A stretch of 64,000 nt of DNA from Candidatus Endomicrobiellum meruensis (GCA_031282625.1 JAITDI010000009.1:988-64987); one strand, 5' to 3'; positions 39,510-50,243 are shown, numbered from the stretch's first letter. Numbers and translations are program-made. The notes: generated by a model from the sequence alone, not told the origin.

Positions 39510-39678
39510 AACATAGTCTTTTAGGGTACTAACTCTAAATAATCACACAATCGGATTTGCCAAACGGTCTCAGAGAAAAACTTTGAGGTTTTGGAGATGG
39601 AAGATTGTGGAAGCCGTGAGACGAAAACACGTCTTGAAACGGAAACCGCTACTGCGGTTAAAACCAAAGGAGAAAAGT

Positions 39679-40485
39679 ATGGCAAACATTACAATGAAGG
39701 CTTTGCTGGAAGCCGGTGTCCATTTCGGACATCAAACCAGAAGATGGAATCCAAAAATGGGGAAGTTTATTTTTGGAACAAGGAATAAAATTCACATCAT
39801 AGATCTTCAAAAAACCCTTAAAGAATTGAAAAAAAACTACAAACTAGTAAGAGATTTTGTTGCCGAGGGTAAGGAAATAATTTTTGTAGGAACAAAGAAA
39901 CAAGCTCAGGTTCCCGTAAAAGAAGAATCTCAGCGCTGCGGAGCTTTTTTTGTAGCTGAAAGATGGCTTGGCGGGACCCTTACAAATTTTGAAACCTTAA
40001 AGAAATCTATTGCAAGATACAGAGAAATAGGAAAAATGAAAGAAGACGGTGTTTTCCAGATTCTTTCAAAAAAAGAACAGTCTCAGATTGAAAGAGAGAG
40101 GACTAAGCTTGAAAAGTCTTTGGAAGGACTAAAGAATATGACAAAACTTCCAGGTCTCATGTTTGTGGTTGATTCTAACGAAGAATCTACAGCTGTTTCA
40201 GAAGCAAGAAAACTCAACATTCCTATTGTCGCTATTTGCGATACTAACTGCGATCCTGATTTGGTTGATTATCCTATTCCAGGAAATGATGATGCTATAA
40301 GAGCAGTAAAGCTTTTCTGTTCAATTATAGCTGATGCTGTTTTAGAAGGAAAAGGCGTAACTGAAAAGAAAGAAGGCGAAGGAGCAGATGTTATTGCCGC
40401 AGAACCTGCAAAAGAAGAGGAAGAAAAGAGAGAAGAAGCTTCTTCAGAAGTTTCTAAGGAAGGAAAAGAAGATAATGTCAACTGA
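39679..40485 (+). CDS. rpsB: 30S ribosomal protein S2
   Basis: [30 protein letters not shown] at 39679 behind the aaggag RBS. The track N-terminal extension from 39583 is rejected. The C-terminal tail is acidic. Confidence 0.95.
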   Translation: MANITMKALLEAGVHFGHQTRRWNPKMGKFIFGTRNKIHIIDLQKTLKELKKNYKLVRDFVAEGKEIIFVGTKKQAQVPVKEESQRCGAFFVAERWLGGTLTNFETLKKSIARYREIGKMKEDGVFQILSKKEQSQIERERTKLEKSLEGLKNMTKLPGLMFVVDSNEESTAVSEARKLNIPIVAICDTNCDPDLVDYPIPGNDDAIRAVKLFCSIIADAVLEGKGVTEKKEGEGADVIAAEPAKEEEEKREEASSEVSKEGKEDNVN

Positions 40486-41071
40486 ACTTATAACAAAACT
40501 CAGAGAGATGACAGGCGCGGGAATAATGGATTGTCGCAATGCTCTCAAAGAATCAAATAATGATGTGGAAAAGTCTTGCAAGTGGCTTAAAGAAAAAGGT
40601 ATGGCTTCTGCTGTTAAAAAAGCGGGAAGATCTGCAAAGCAAGGCTTAGTGCATTCTTACATACACGGAAACGGAACCCTTGGGGTTTTAGTTGAAGTAA
40701 ACTGCGAAACGGATTTCGTAACAAAAACTGAAGACTTTCAGTCTTTAGTTAAAGAAATAGCTATGCAAATTGCAGCTGTTTCCCCAACATATATTTCCCG
40801 CGAGCAAGTGCCTGAAAGTATTTTGAATGCGGAAAAAGAAATTTTCAAAGCTCAGCTTAAGGAAGAAGGAAAGCCGGAAAAAGTTTGGGATAAAATCATT
40901 GAAGGTAAGATTGAAAAATTTTACAGTCAGATATGCTTGTACGACCAGATTTATATGAGAGACACAAGCGGTAAAGAAACCATAAAAGATTTGGTGACGA
41001 AAGCTATAGCTAAAATAGGCGAGAATATAGTAATAAAGAGATTTGCAAGATTTAAACTTGGAGAAGAATAG
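40475..41071 (+). CDS. tsf: elongation factor Ts (short form)
   Basis: [20 protein letters not shown]-like N-terminus and [11 protein letters not shown]. The ATG at 40475 overlaps the rpsB end by 11 nt. Confidence 0.93.
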   Translation: MSTELITKLREMTGAGIMDCRNALKESNNDVEKSCKWLKEKGMASAVKKAGRSAKQGLVHSYIHGNGTLGVLVEVNCETDFVTKTEDFQSLVKEIAMQIAAVSPTYISREQVPESILNAEKEIFKAQLKEEGKPEKVWDKIIEGKIEKFYSQICLYDQIYMRDTSGKETIKDLVTKAIAKIGENIVIKRFARFKLGEE

Positions 41072-41073
41072 CA

Positions 41074-41772
41074 ATGAATTCAAAGAGAGTTCTGTTGAAA
41101 CTTTCAGGAGAATCTCTTTCGGATACTTCTTCGTTAATAAGCGAGAAAAGTCTCTCAAAAGTTACAAGAGAGATTAAATTTGTTCTTGACAAAGGAAATG
41201 TTCAGTTGGCGGTTGTTATAGGAGCGGGCAATATCTGGAGAGGTGAAGGAAAGTTTATAGAAAGAGTAACGGCTGATAAGATGGGAATGCTTGCTACTGT
41301 AATGAACTCTCTTGCTTTAAACGATTCTTTGATAAAAGCTGGCGTAAAATCGACAGTTTTTTCAGCAAGCGGTGTAAGTGGTTTTGTTGAAAAATTTAAT
41401 AGAGAAAAAGCTGTAAAGCGTCTTGAAAAAGGATATGTTGTTATTTTTGCCGGTGGTACGGGAAATCCTTTCTTTACCACTGACACAGCCTCGGCATTAA
41501 GAGCCGCTGAAATAAAGGCTGATATTTTGTTAAAAGCTACACAGGTAGATGGTGTTTACAATGCTGATCCTAAAAAAGATGAGAATGCTGTTAAATATGG
41601 TGTTCTAACTTTCCAAGAAGCTTTGGATAAACATTTGGCAATTATGGACGCGGAAGCTTTTTCTTTGTGTATGCAGTCTGGTATATCAATTATAGTATTT
41701 GACTTTTATAAAGAAGGCAATTTACAAAAGGTTATAAGCGGCGAGAAAATAGGTACGAGAGTGGAGGAGTAA
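41074..41772 (+). CDS. pyrH: UMP kinase
   Basis: RVLLKLSGESL, VVIGAGNIWRG and FAGGTGNPFFTTDTA. Confidence 0.95.
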   Translation: MNSKRVLLKLSGESLSDTSSLISEKSLSKVTREIKFVLDKGNVQLAVVIGAGNIWRGEGKFIERVTADKMGMLATVMNSLALNDSLIKAGVKSTVFSASGVSGFVEKFNREKAVKRLEKGYVVIFAGGTGNPFFTTDTASALRAAEIKADILLKATQVDGVYNADPKKDENAVKYGVLTFQEALDKHLAIMDAEAFSLCMQSGISIIVFDFYKEGNLQKVISGEKIGTRVEE

Positions 41773-42333
41773 ATGCAAATTCAAAGTTTTTTTTCTAAGT
41801 CGGAAGAGGCTATGAAAAAAACTATAGATATATTAAAAAGTGAGTTGGCTTCTATTAGAACCGGCAGAGCTTCAAGTGCTGTGATAGAAGGAATAAAAGT
41901 TGAGAGCTACGGTTCTTTGATGCCGATAAATCAGCTCGCAGGTGTCAGTATTCCTGATGCCAAAACAATAGAAATAAGACCTTGGGACGCGTCTCAGCTT
42001 GGCGCTATAGAGAAAGCTATACTTAAGGCTGATATAGGAATGATGCCAGTAAATGATGGCAAAATTATACGTATATCAGTTCCTCCTCTCACGGAAGAAA
42101 GAAGAAAAGAAATAGCGAAATCCATAAGCAGAATGGCTGAAAATTTTAGAGTAGCAGTAAGAAATGAAAGAAGAGTTTTGGTTGAGAATATAAAGAAGCT
42201 TGAGAAAGATAAAGTTATAACCGAAGATGGTAGAAAGAAGTTTGAGAGTGACGCTCAAAAAGTGACTGACGACTATATTAAGAAAATTGACGAAAGTATT
42301 GCTCTGAAAGAAAAAGAAGTGATACAAATATAA
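41773..42333 (+). CDS. frr: ribosome recycling factor
   Basis: LASIRTGRAS, IPPLTEERRKE and VRNERR. Confidence 0.95.
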   Translation: MQIQSFFSKSEEAMKKTIDILKSELASIRTGRASSAVIEGIKVESYGSLMPINQLAGVSIPDAKTIEIRPWDASQLGAIEKAILKADIGMMPVNDGKIIRISVPPLTEERRKEIAKSISRMAENFRVAVRNERRVLVENIKKLEKDKVITEDGRKKFESDAQKVTDDYIKKIDESIALKEKEVIQI

Positions 42334-42348
42334 CGCAGAAAAGAAAAA

Positions 42349-42537
42349 ATGGAGGATAAAAAAATGGCTTATCAAATTGATAGAAATATATGTACAGGTT
42401 GCGGAGCATGTGCGGGCAATTGTCCAGTTTCAGCTATTGAGCAGAAAGACGATAAGTATGAAATAAATGCCAGCGTATGCATAAGCTGCGGAGCATGTGA
42501 ATCTACCTGTCCTGTAAGTGCAATTTCTCAAAAGTAA
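42349..42537 (+). CDS. 2x[4Fe-4S] ferredoxin
   Basis: Two CxxCxxCxxxCP clusters: CTGCGACAGNCP and CISCGACESTCP. Confidence 0.9.
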   Translation: MEDKKMAYQIDRNICTGCGACAGNCPVSAIEQKDDKYEINASVCISCGACESTCPVSAISQK

Positions 42538-43225
42538 GGAAGACTTTTTGATACCCGAACATATAGCGATTATAATGGACGGGAATGGCAGATGGGCTAA
42601 GAAAAGATCATTACCCAGAGTTTTTGGTCATAGGCAAGGGGTCAAAACCGTAAAAAAGATTGTTAAGTCTGTCAGCAGGCTTGGAGTCAAGGTTTTGACC
42701 CTTTATGCTTTTTCTACTGAAAATTGGAAAAGACCTAAAACCGAAGTTGATGCACTTTTTTCTTTGCTTTCGCGATTTATAAAGAAAGATTTGAAAGAGT
42801 TAAGTGATGCTGGTATCAAACTTAGAATACTTGGCGACTTGTCAAAATTCCCGCAAGACTTGAAATCCGAGATTCTTTCTGTTTGCAAAGACACGGAAAA
42901 TAATACGGATTTAGAGTTGAATATAGCTTTAAATTACGGAGCAAGGCAAGAAATTATAAAAGTCTTTGAAGAGATGTTAAAACAAGGTATAAAAAAGCCG
43001 ACGGAAGAAATTGTGTCGTCTTTTTTGTATACTGCTGGTCAACCGGATCCTGACTTGCTTATCCGTACATCGGGAGAATTTAGAATATCAAATTTTCTTT
43101 TGTGGCAAATAGCATACTCCGAGATTTATGTAACCGATAAACTTTGGCCTGATTTTACTCCTAAAGATTTAGAAGCTGCAATTTCTGAATTTCAAAAGAG
43201 AGATAGGCGTTTTGGGGGGATTTAA
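42518..43225 (+). CDS. uppS: undecaprenyl diphosphate synthase
   Basis: HIAIIMDGNGRWA, LYAFSTENWKRP and IRTSGEFRISNFLLWQ. The start is uncertain, either the GTG at 42518 or the TTG at 42548 behind aaggaag. Confidence 0.93.
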   Translation: MQFLKSKEDFLIPEHIAIIMDGNGRWAKKRSLPRVFGHRQGVKTVKKIVKSVSRLGVKVLTLYAFSTENWKRPKTEVDALFSLLSRFIKKDLKELSDAGIKLRILGDLSKFPQDLKSEILSVCKDTENNTDLELNIALNYGARQEIIKVFEEMLKQGIKKPTEEIVSSFLYTAGQPDPDLLIRTSGEFRISNFLLWQIAYSEIYVTDKLWPDFTPKDLEAAISEFQKRDRRFGGI

Positions 43226-44041
43226 GTGCTTAGTACCAGAATACTTACCGCTGTTATTGGTATGCCTTTAATTTTTTTGTGCATATACTTTGGTGGCATT
43301 TCGTTCTACGCAATGATGTTTTTTGTTTCCGTGCTTTCAGTGTATGAGTATCTGCTGATAGTAAAAAAATATAAACCCCACGCAGTTGTGTCTTTAATTA
43401 TGGCAGCAGGATTTTTTCTTTTTCTGTGCTTTTGCAAAATATGCTACGGTTGTGGCTGCTGCTGTATGGACAAATCTTCAATTTCAGCGATTTTAATTCT
43501 TCTTATTTTCTTTGTGGTGGAAGTTTTTAAAGGGAAGGCAAAGCTCAGCGTTGAGAGAATTGCAACGTCTTTTCTCGGGGCTTTTTTTATTCCGTTGGCT
43601 CTCGCACATATGGTTTATATCCGTGATTTAAATGGCGGAATGCAATTGATATTTTTTATTTTTATTGAAGTTTGGGTTTTGGATACTGCGGCTTATACTT
43701 TTGGATATATGTTTGGTAAACATAAACTTGCCAAAAAAGTTAGCCCTAAAAAGACTATTGAAGGAGCTATAGCGGGAGTTGTTTTTGGTGTTTTTATGGC
43801 TGTTGTGTGTAGGTATTTGTTTATAAGCAGTATTTTAACTTTATACGAAGCTGTGGTATTAGGTTTGGTTATATCCGTTGTCGGGCAGTTTTCAGACCTT
43901 GCAGAATCTCTGATTAAGAGGGATGGAGATGTTAAAGATTCCGGTAAAATTATTCCTGGACATGGCGGCGTTTTTGACAGGTTTGATTCTTATATTTTTG
44001 CGGCTCCTGCCGTATATTACGTTTTAATGTTTATAAAATGA
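43226..44041 (+). CDS. cdsA: phosphatidate cytidylyltransferase
   Basis: Multi-TM protein with the C-terminal signature SLIKRDGDVKDSGKIIPGHGGVFDRFDS. GTG start. Confidence 0.92.
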   Translation: MLSTRILTAVIGMPLIFLCIYFGGISFYAMMFFVSVLSVYEYLLIVKKYKPHAVVSLIMAAGFFLFLCFCKICYGCGCCCMDKSSISAILILLIFFVVEVFKGKAKLSVERIATSFLGAFFIPLALAHMVYIRDLNGGMQLIFFIFIEVWVLDTAAYTFGYMFGKHKLAKKVSPKKTIEGAIAGVVFGVFMAVVCRYLFISSILTLYEAVVLGLVISVVGQFSDLAESLIKRDGDVKDSGKIIPGHGGVFDRFDSYIFAAPAVYYVLMFIK

Positions 44042-45204
44042 AAAGAATAGCAATTTTAGGTTCATCAGGTTCTATCGGCAAGCAGGCAATTGATTTAGCG
44101 TCAAAAATGAAAGAAAAAGTTTATGTTGAGGCGCTTGCCGTTGGTTCTAATTTAAAAGTTTTGAAAGCCCAGCTTAAAAAATTTAATCCTTCCGCAGTGT
44201 CTATTGCAAATGATTTGGATGCCATAGAACTGAAGAAATGGTGCATTTCAAACAAAATAAAAACTAATGTTTACAGTGGGCAGAGTGGTCTTGAAAAACT
44301 CGCAACTATGCCTAAAGTTGACACGGTTTTAGCCGCAATTGTTGGTTCCGTCGGCTTGAAATCAATAATAGCAGCAATAAAAGCAAAAAAAAATGTTGCC
44401 CTTGCTAATAAAGAGTCCCTTGTTATGGCTGGAGATCACATAATAAAACTTGCTGAGAGAAATGGCGTTTCTGTGCTTCCTGTAGATAGTGAACATTCGG
44501 CGATATTCCAATGCTGCGTTGGGGAGAAAAAAAGTCAAATAAAAAAAATAATACTTACGGCTTCCGGAGGTCCCTTTTATAAATATGCTGGCGATTTTTC
44601 TAAGATAACTGTAGATCAGGCTTTAGCTCACCCTACTTGGAAAATGGGGAAAAAGATAACAATAGACAGCGCTACGCTTATGAATAAAGGGCTTGAAGCC
44701 ATAGAAGTTTCCATACTTTTTGGCGTTCCAATAGACAAAGTTGAAATAGTTATACATCCTCAGTCTATAGTTCATTCTATGGTGGAGTATATTGACGGTT
44801 CTATTATAGCTCAGCTCTCAACTCCTGATATGAGACTGCCAATACAGTATGCGTTGACCTTCCCCGAGAGATTAAAATCTAATATAAAGTTTTTGAATCT
44901 TGTGGAAGTTGGCAGGTTAGAATTTTATAAACCTGATTTTAATAAGTTTCCGTGTTTAAAGTTGGCATATTTGGCGGCTGAAAAAGGAGGAACGCTACCT
45001 ACTGTTATGAATGCGTCTAATGAAATTGCAGTAAAGAGTTTTTTAGACAAAGAAATAAAATTTACAGATATTGCAAAAATAGTTGATAAAACAATAAAGG
45101 CTCATAAAATTTCAAAAAATATGTTTTTAGAAAATTTTTTTGAATCAGACTCTTGGGCAAGAGTTTATGCGCGTAATTTAATAGAAAAGGAATTCAAATT
45201 ATGA
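44038..45204 (+). CDS. dxr: 1-deoxy-D-xylulose 5-phosphate reductoisomerase
   Basis: ILGSSGSIGKQA NADPH motif, LANKESLV, and PVDSEHSAIFQC. Confidence 0.95.
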   Translation: MKRIAILGSSGSIGKQAIDLASKMKEKVYVEALAVGSNLKVLKAQLKKFNPSAVSIANDLDAIELKKWCISNKIKTNVYSGQSGLEKLATMPKVDTVLAAIVGSVGLKSIIAAIKAKKNVALANKESLVMAGDHIIKLAERNGVSVLPVDSEHSAIFQCCVGEKKSQIKKIILTASGGPFYKYAGDFSKITVDQALAHPTWKMGKKITIDSATLMNKGLEAIEVSILFGVPIDKVEIVIHPQSIVHSMVEYIDGSIIAQLSTPDMRLPIQYALTFPERLKSNIKFLNLVEVGRLEFYKPDFNKFPCLKLAYLAAEKGGTLPTVMNASNEIAVKSFLDKEIKFTDIAKIVDKTIKAHKISKNMFLENFFESDSWARVYARNLIEKEFKL

Positions 45205-46256
45205 CAATAATTATCCAGATACTTGGAGTTGCTATAGGATTTGGTTTTTTAGTTTTTATACACGAACTTGGGCATTTTCTTGCTGCGAGAGCATGCAAGG
45301 TTAGAATATTAACTTTTGCTTTTGGTTTTGGTCCAGACTTGATAAAATATACTTACAAAAATACTAAGTACTGTATAAAAGCTATCCCTTTCGGCGGGTT
45401 TGTTTCTATGGCAGGAGAAAATCCTGAAGAAGCAACAGGAGCAGAAGGCGAGTATTTGTCTCTAGAATGGTATAAGAAAGTATTTATATCTTTTATGGGA
45501 CCATTCTCAAACTATATTTTGGCAGTTTTTTTGTTTGTCTTTGTCTTTAACATATGGGGTGTCACTACTATTTCAAAAACATCTTTAGTAGGAAGTGTCA
45601 TAAAAAATAAGCCTGCGGATCAAGTTGGACTTCTAAGCGGAGACAGAATAAAATCCATTGATGGGGCAGAAGTAAGTACATGGAATGAATTGATGGAAAA
45701 TTTAAAAAATAAAGCTGATAACCGGACTATTTTTGTAGTTGAGAGAGGCACCTATACTTTTGATGCGACCTTAACTGTAGATAAAAATCCTGCTACTGGC
45801 AGAGGCGTTATTGGCATAGCTCCTTTTATAGAGAAATCAAAAACAGGTTTTTTTGAGTCTATTTATTTGGGCATAAAAGCGCCTCTTTCCCAAACTTTTA
45901 TGACACTTGAATACCTTTTTGTCAAACTGATTTCGTTTGAAAAACCTGACATTTCAGGACCTATAGGCATAATGCAGTTGATGGGCGATGCTACTAAATC
46001 TGGGATGGCTGATTATTTGAAATTTCTTGCTGTTATATCGGTGGCTTTAGGCATGTTTAATTTATTTCCTATACCTATGGTTGACGGCGGTATGATAGTT
46101 TTGTTTGTTATAGAAGGAATAATTAGAAGACGGATAAGTACAAAAGTCGTGCAAGTTTATAATACCATTGGTTTGATTTTTGTTATTGGAATTTTTATCT
46201 TTGCAACGTATAGCGACTTTTTGAGATTAGGCATAGACAAACTATTCGGCAAGTAA
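45201..46256 (+). CDS. rseP: RIP site-2 zinc metalloprotease RseP
   Basis: HELGHFLAAR, a central PDZ segment, and C-terminal NLFPIPMVDGG. Confidence 0.93.
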   Translation: MTIIIQILGVAIGFGFLVFIHELGHFLAARACKVRILTFAFGFGPDLIKYTYKNTKYCIKAIPFGGFVSMAGENPEEATGAEGEYLSLEWYKKVFISFMGPFSNYILAVFLFVFVFNIWGVTTISKTSLVGSVIKNKPADQVGLLSGDRIKSIDGAEVSTWNELMENLKNKADNRTIFVVERGTYTFDATLTVDKNPATGRGVIGIAPFIEKSKTGFFESIYLGIKAPLSQTFMTLEYLFVKLISFEKPDISGPIGIMQLMGDATKSGMADYLKFLAVISVALGMFNLFPIPMVDGGMIVLFVIEGIIRRRISTKVVQVYNTIGLIFVIGIFIFATYSDFLRLGIDKLFGK

Positions 46257-46354
46257 TAGAGCTTGGTTTTTGAGTTTATGTTTCCTTATGTTCCAACTTG
46301 CGTACATAACAGCGTACGCTTCATTGTAGCAAGCGTCGTCTAAGTTCAAAACTC

Positions 46355-46680
46355 ATGAAAAAGTTCATAAGTTCAATGCCCGAACTAAAAGAATCGTTTC
46401 ATCTTGTTCATTATGCTGCTAAACTTCATAAGAGAATTGCGACTACCCACCCTTTTAGCGACGGTAATGGCAGAACTGCAAGGCTTGTTATGAATCTTGC
46501 TTTGCTCCAAGCAGGGTATCCTATAACCATTGTCCCGCCGATATTAAGGAACGGTATATATCGTCCATAAGATTGGCTAATAAAGGTATAATTGAACCTT
46601 TTTACAATTTTATACCAAATGTTGAATACGAAAGCGACAGAGATTACATTAGATTGTTAAAACATTATTTTGGTAAGTGA
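46355..46680 (+). pseudogene. Fic/DOC family protein, N-terminally truncated and frameshifted
   Basis: Fic motif HPFSDGNGRTARLVMN is present. The ORF stops at 46570, but a neighbouring frame continues with ..YISSIRLANKGIIEPFYNFIPNVEYESDRDYIRLLKHYFGK* to 46680. Only ~45 residues precede the motif. Confidence 0.8.
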
Positions 46681-46681
46681 A

Positions 46682-47779
46682 ATGAAATTTTATAAGAGAA
46701 GTCAAACAAGAAAAGTTAATATCGGCGGTGTTATAATAGGCGGCGGCGCGCCTATTGTTGTACAGTCTATGACTAACACAAATACAAAAGATTGGAAAGC
46801 GACCGTAAAACAAATAAAGCAGCTTGAAAAAGTTGGTTGCGAAATAGTAAGAGTTTCTCTACCCGACATGGAGTCTGCTTATAACGTAAGCAGAATAAAA
46901 AAGAATATAAAAATTCCATTGGTGGCGGACATTCATTTTGATTACAAAATAGCTTTAGAAGCAATAAAACAAGGCGTAGATAAATTGAGAATAAACCCTG
47001 GAAATATAGGCTCAAAAGACAAAGTTGAAATCTTAGTAAAAGAAGCTAAAAAAGCTCATATTCCCATAAGAATTGGAGTCAATGCAGGGTCGCTAAAAGA
47101 AGTTCATAATTTCCTTGACAACACTTTACGTGCTAAAGCTCTTGCCAACGCAGCAATAGAGCATGCAAAGATTTTAGAAAAGCATGATTTTTTTGATATA
47201 GTTGTTTCGCTAAAAGCTTCAAATATTGATACAACAGTACAAGCGTATAAAATTTTTGCTTCAAAAAGAAATTATCCGTTGCATTTAGGCATAACGGAAT
47301 CAGGCACAATTTTTAGCGGCACTATAAAGTCTTCAGCAGGTCTTGGAATTATGCTTTACGATGGAATAGGCGACACAGTAAGAGTATCTTTAACTGCAGA
47401 TCCTGTTGAAGAGGTAAAAGTTGCGTATTCTCTCTTACAATCTTTAGAACTTAGAAGTTCTGGAATAGAAATAATTTCGTGTCCCACTTGTTCAAGAACT
47501 CAAGTTGATTTGATAAAAATAGTTTCAGATATGGAAAATAGAGTGGCAACAATAAAAGATTTAAGAAAACTTTCTAAGCCTATAAAGGTCGCGATGATGG
47601 GTTGCGTCGTCAATGGTCCCGGAGAAGCAAAAGATGCAGATTTTGGAATAGCTGGCGGCAAAGATGGCGGAATATTGTTCAAAAATGGTGAAATTATCGG
47701 AAAAGTAAAGCCTGATAAATGGGTTTCAAAGCTTGTTTCTATGATAAAAGACCGCCTAACTAACAGTTCGGAGGACTAA
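46682..47779 (+). CDS. ispG: 4-hydroxy-3-methylbut-2-enyl diphosphate synthase
   Basis: PIVVQSMTNT, RINPGNIG, and the CPTCSRT...GCVVNGPGE cluster ligands. Confidence 0.95.
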   Translation: MKFYKRSQTRKVNIGGVIIGGGAPIVVQSMTNTNTKDWKATVKQIKQLEKVGCEIVRVSLPDMESAYNVSRIKKNIKIPLVADIHFDYKIALEAIKQGVDKLRINPGNIGSKDKVEILVKEAKKAHIPIRIGVNAGSLKEVHNFLDNTLRAKALANAAIEHAKILEKHDFFDIVVSLKASNIDTTVQAYKIFASKRNYPLHLGITESGTIFSGTIKSSAGLGIMLYDGIGDTVRVSLTADPVEEVKVAYSLLQSLELRSSGIEIISCPTCSRTQVDLIKIVSDMENRVATIKDLRKLSKPIKVAMMGCVVNGPGEAKDADFGIAGGKDGGILFKNGEIIGKVKPDKWVSKLVSMIKDRLTNSSED

Positions 47780-47782
47780 AAA

Positions 47783-48247
47783 ATGGCAGAGATTTATTTG
47801 ACAAGAGACGGCAGAGAAAAACTTATTAAAGAATTGGAAGAGCTGCAAAAAAGAAAGCCTTTAATTCAAGACGAAATAGCAAGAGCTAGAGAACACGGCG
47901 ATTTAAGGGAAAATGCGGAATACCATGCCGCAAAAGAAGCTCTTACAAATCTTATGCGAAGAATAATGGAGTTAGACTCAAAAATTGCCAGAGCAAAAAT
48001 TATAGAAGATCAAAATATAGAAGCCGATAAAGTATTTATAGGAGTTACAGTCACCATACAAGATGAAGATGGTGATAAGTATGAATATACCGTCGTAGAT
48101 TTAGAAGAGGCTGATCCTTCTACAAATAAAATATCTGTTCAATCTCCTCTTGTGCAAGGACTGCTTGGACATAAAGCTGGAGAAACTGTTGAAGTTGAGC
48201 TGCCTGCAGGCAAAACAAAGTTTAAAATATTAAAAATTTCAAGATAG
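47783..48247 (+). CDS. greA: transcription elongation factor GreA
   Basis: ARAREHGDLRENAEYHAAKE coiled-coil tip, plus SPLVQGLLGHKAGE. Confidence 0.95.
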   Translation: MAEIYLTRDGREKLIKELEELQKRKPLIQDEIARAREHGDLRENAEYHAAKEALTNLMRRIMELDSKIARAKIIEDQNIEADKVFIGVTVTIQDEDGDKYEYTVVDLEEADPSTNKISVQSPLVQGLLGHKAGETVEVELPAGKTKFKILKISR

Positions 48248-48388
48248 CTTTATGGTTTTACGCGTCATTGCAGGCTTGACCCGCAATATTAAATGGCATA
48301 GGGATTCTCAAGTTTTTGCTGGAATGACAATGACAAGTGTAGCATAACTATTTTATAAGTATAACGAGAATAATAGACAGAGGTATTT

Positions 48389-50095
48389 ATGTTTTTTACT
48401 AAGATGTTAATCCCGACTTTAAGAGAAGCTCCTTCAGATGCAGATATTATATCTGCAAAACTGATGATTAGAGCGGGAATGATACGCAAGTTGGCTTCGG
48501 GATTTTATGAATTTTTGCCTTTAGGTTTAAAAGTTTTAAGAAAGATTGAAAATATAATAAGAGAAGAAATGAATGCTGCAGGTGGTCAAGAGGTAAGTCT
48601 TCCTTTGATATTTCCAAAAGATTTGTGGGTTGAGACTGGACGGTGGAATATTTACGGTAAAGAGCTTTTTAGACTTAAAGATAGAAAAGATGCTGAATTT
48701 TGTTTGTCTCCTACGGCAGAAGAAGCTGTAACAGATTTAGTAAGAAGAGAAATCAAGTCTTACAAGCAGCTTCCTTTGATGTTGTATCAGTTTGGCGCAA
48801 AGTTTAGAGATGAAATTCGTCCGCGTTTTGGCGTTATGCGTGCTAAAGAATTTTTGATGAAAGATGCATATTCATTTCATACTGACGAAGCTGATTTGGA
48901 AAGATATTATAAAATTATGTTTGACGCTTATACAAATGTCTGCAAAAAGTGTGGATTTAAGTTTCGTGCAGTTGAGGCTGCTTCAGGTGCTATAGGCGGA
49001 TCTTTTTCCCACGAATTTATGATTTTGGCAGATACTGGTGAGGAAGAAATTGCATGGTGCGATTGTGGGTATGGAGCAAATAGTGAAAAAGCCGAATGTT
49101 TACCCATATCTCAGCCAAAAGAAGAATCTTTATCTTTTGCCGAAGTTTTAACTCCTAACGTCGGAGCCGTTGAAGACGTTGCAAAGTTTTTAGAGACTTC
49201 TCCAGAAAAGTTTATTAAAACTATGATCTATAAAGCCGACGGCAATCCTGTTGTTGTTTTGGTGAGAGGCGATCATGAAATAAACGAAATAAAACTTCAA
49301 ACCTTGCTTGGCGCAGCTGACATTGTGCTTGCCGATGAGCAGACAGTCGTTTCTATAACTAATTCTCCTTTGGGCTTTGCTGGTCCTGTGGGGCTTAGAG
49401 GCGTTAAAATTATTGCAGATTTGTCTGTAGTTAAGATTTCAAATGCAGTTGCTGGAGCAAATAAAAAAGATTATCATCTTAAAAATGTAAATTATAATAG
49501 AGATTACAATGCAGATATTGTCGCTGATATAAGAAAAATTATGCATGGAGACACCTGTCCGAAATGTAAGAAAGAAAATTTAAGATTTTCGAGAGGCATT
49601 GAAGTAGGACATGTTTTTAAATTGGGGACAAAATACTCTAAATCTATGAATGCGACCTATTTGGACACAAATGGCAAAGAAAATCTTATAGTTATGGGTT
49701 GTTACGGTATAGGCGTTACAAGAATTCTTGCCGCTACTATAGAACAATCTCACGACGATAATGGAATAATATGGACTGACAATATGTCTCCTTTTAACGT
49801 CGTACTAATACCTGTAAATTACGCCGATACGAAAATCAAAGAAACAACAGATAAACTTTATAAAGAGTTAACTTCAAAAGGCATAGACGTTTTGGTTGAT
49901 GACAGAGATGAAAGAGCTGGTATCAAGTTTAAAGATGCCGACTTGATAGGTATTCCATACAGAATAACTATTGGAGAAAAAAATCTTGAAAAAGGGCAAG
50001 TTGAATTAAAAGCAAGAAGAGATGGCAAAGAAGGTATTAAACTTTTAAGCCCACAAGAAGCTTCGTCTGAAATAATAAAAATATTTAACAAGTAA
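48389..50095 (+). CDS. proS: prolyl-tRNA synthetase (bacterial type with INS editing domain)
   Basis: LMIRAGMIRK, FRDEIRPRFGVMRAKEF (motif 2), and GCYGIGVTRILAA (motif 3). Confidence 0.95.
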   Translation: MFFTKMLIPTLREAPSDADIISAKLMIRAGMIRKLASGFYEFLPLGLKVLRKIENIIREEMNAAGGQEVSLPLIFPKDLWVETGRWNIYGKELFRLKDRKDAEFCLSPTAEEAVTDLVRREIKSYKQLPLMLYQFGAKFRDEIRPRFGVMRAKEFLMKDAYSFHTDEADLERYYKIMFDAYTNVCKKCGFKFRAVEAASGAIGGSFSHEFMILADTGEEEIAWCDCGYGANSEKAECLPISQPKEESLSFAEVLTPNVGAVEDVAKFLETSPEKFIKTMIYKADGNPVVVLVRGDHEINEIKLQTLLGAADIVLADEQTVVSITNSPLGFAGPVGLRGVKIIADLSVVKISNAVAGANKKDYHLKNVNYNRDYNADIVADIRKIMHGDTCPKCKKENLRFSRGIEVGHVFKLGTKYSKSMNATYLDTNGKENLIVMGCYGIGVTRILAATIEQSHDDNGIIWTDNMSPFNVVLIPVNYADTKIKETTDKLYKELTSKGIDVLVDDRDERAGIKFKDADLIGIPYRITIGEKNLEKGQVELKARRDGKEGIKLLSPQEASSEIIKIFNK

Positions 50096-50202
50096 TTTTT
50101 ATAATACATTGTTGTAAATGTGAGGCGAATTTGTTAAGTAGCGAGCAATTTCTTTTTATTCTAAATAAAACTTCAAAAATTTATTTTAAAATGTTTTATA
50201 AA

Positions 50203-50243
50203 GGCGGTTTTTCCTAAATAGGAAAGACCGCTTCTCTTTTTTT
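50203..50243 (+). terminator. rho-independent terminator after proS
   Basis: ggcggtttttcc-taaata-ggaaagaccgc stem (one mismatch) followed by ttctcttttttt. Confidence 0.65.

Noticed and set aside
39583-39788. N-terminal extension of rpsB from 39583 and the overlapping 65-aa ORF 39591..39788
   Set aside because: The canonical S2 N-terminus ([19 protein letters not shown]) starts at 39679 behind an aaggag RBS. The upstream part is better explained as a ~165-nt, relatively GC-rich leader, possibly an S2 autoregulatory structure with small stems agacg/cgtct and aaccgc/gcggtt. I cannot verify that structure.
48250-48388. Imperfect inverted repeat gtcattgcagg...ctggaatgac between greA and proS, considered as a T-box leader or REP element
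   Set aside because: Only 6+3 bp pair, around a ~45-nt loop. There is no T-box consensus and no specifier-loop architecture, and I saw no second copy in the window.
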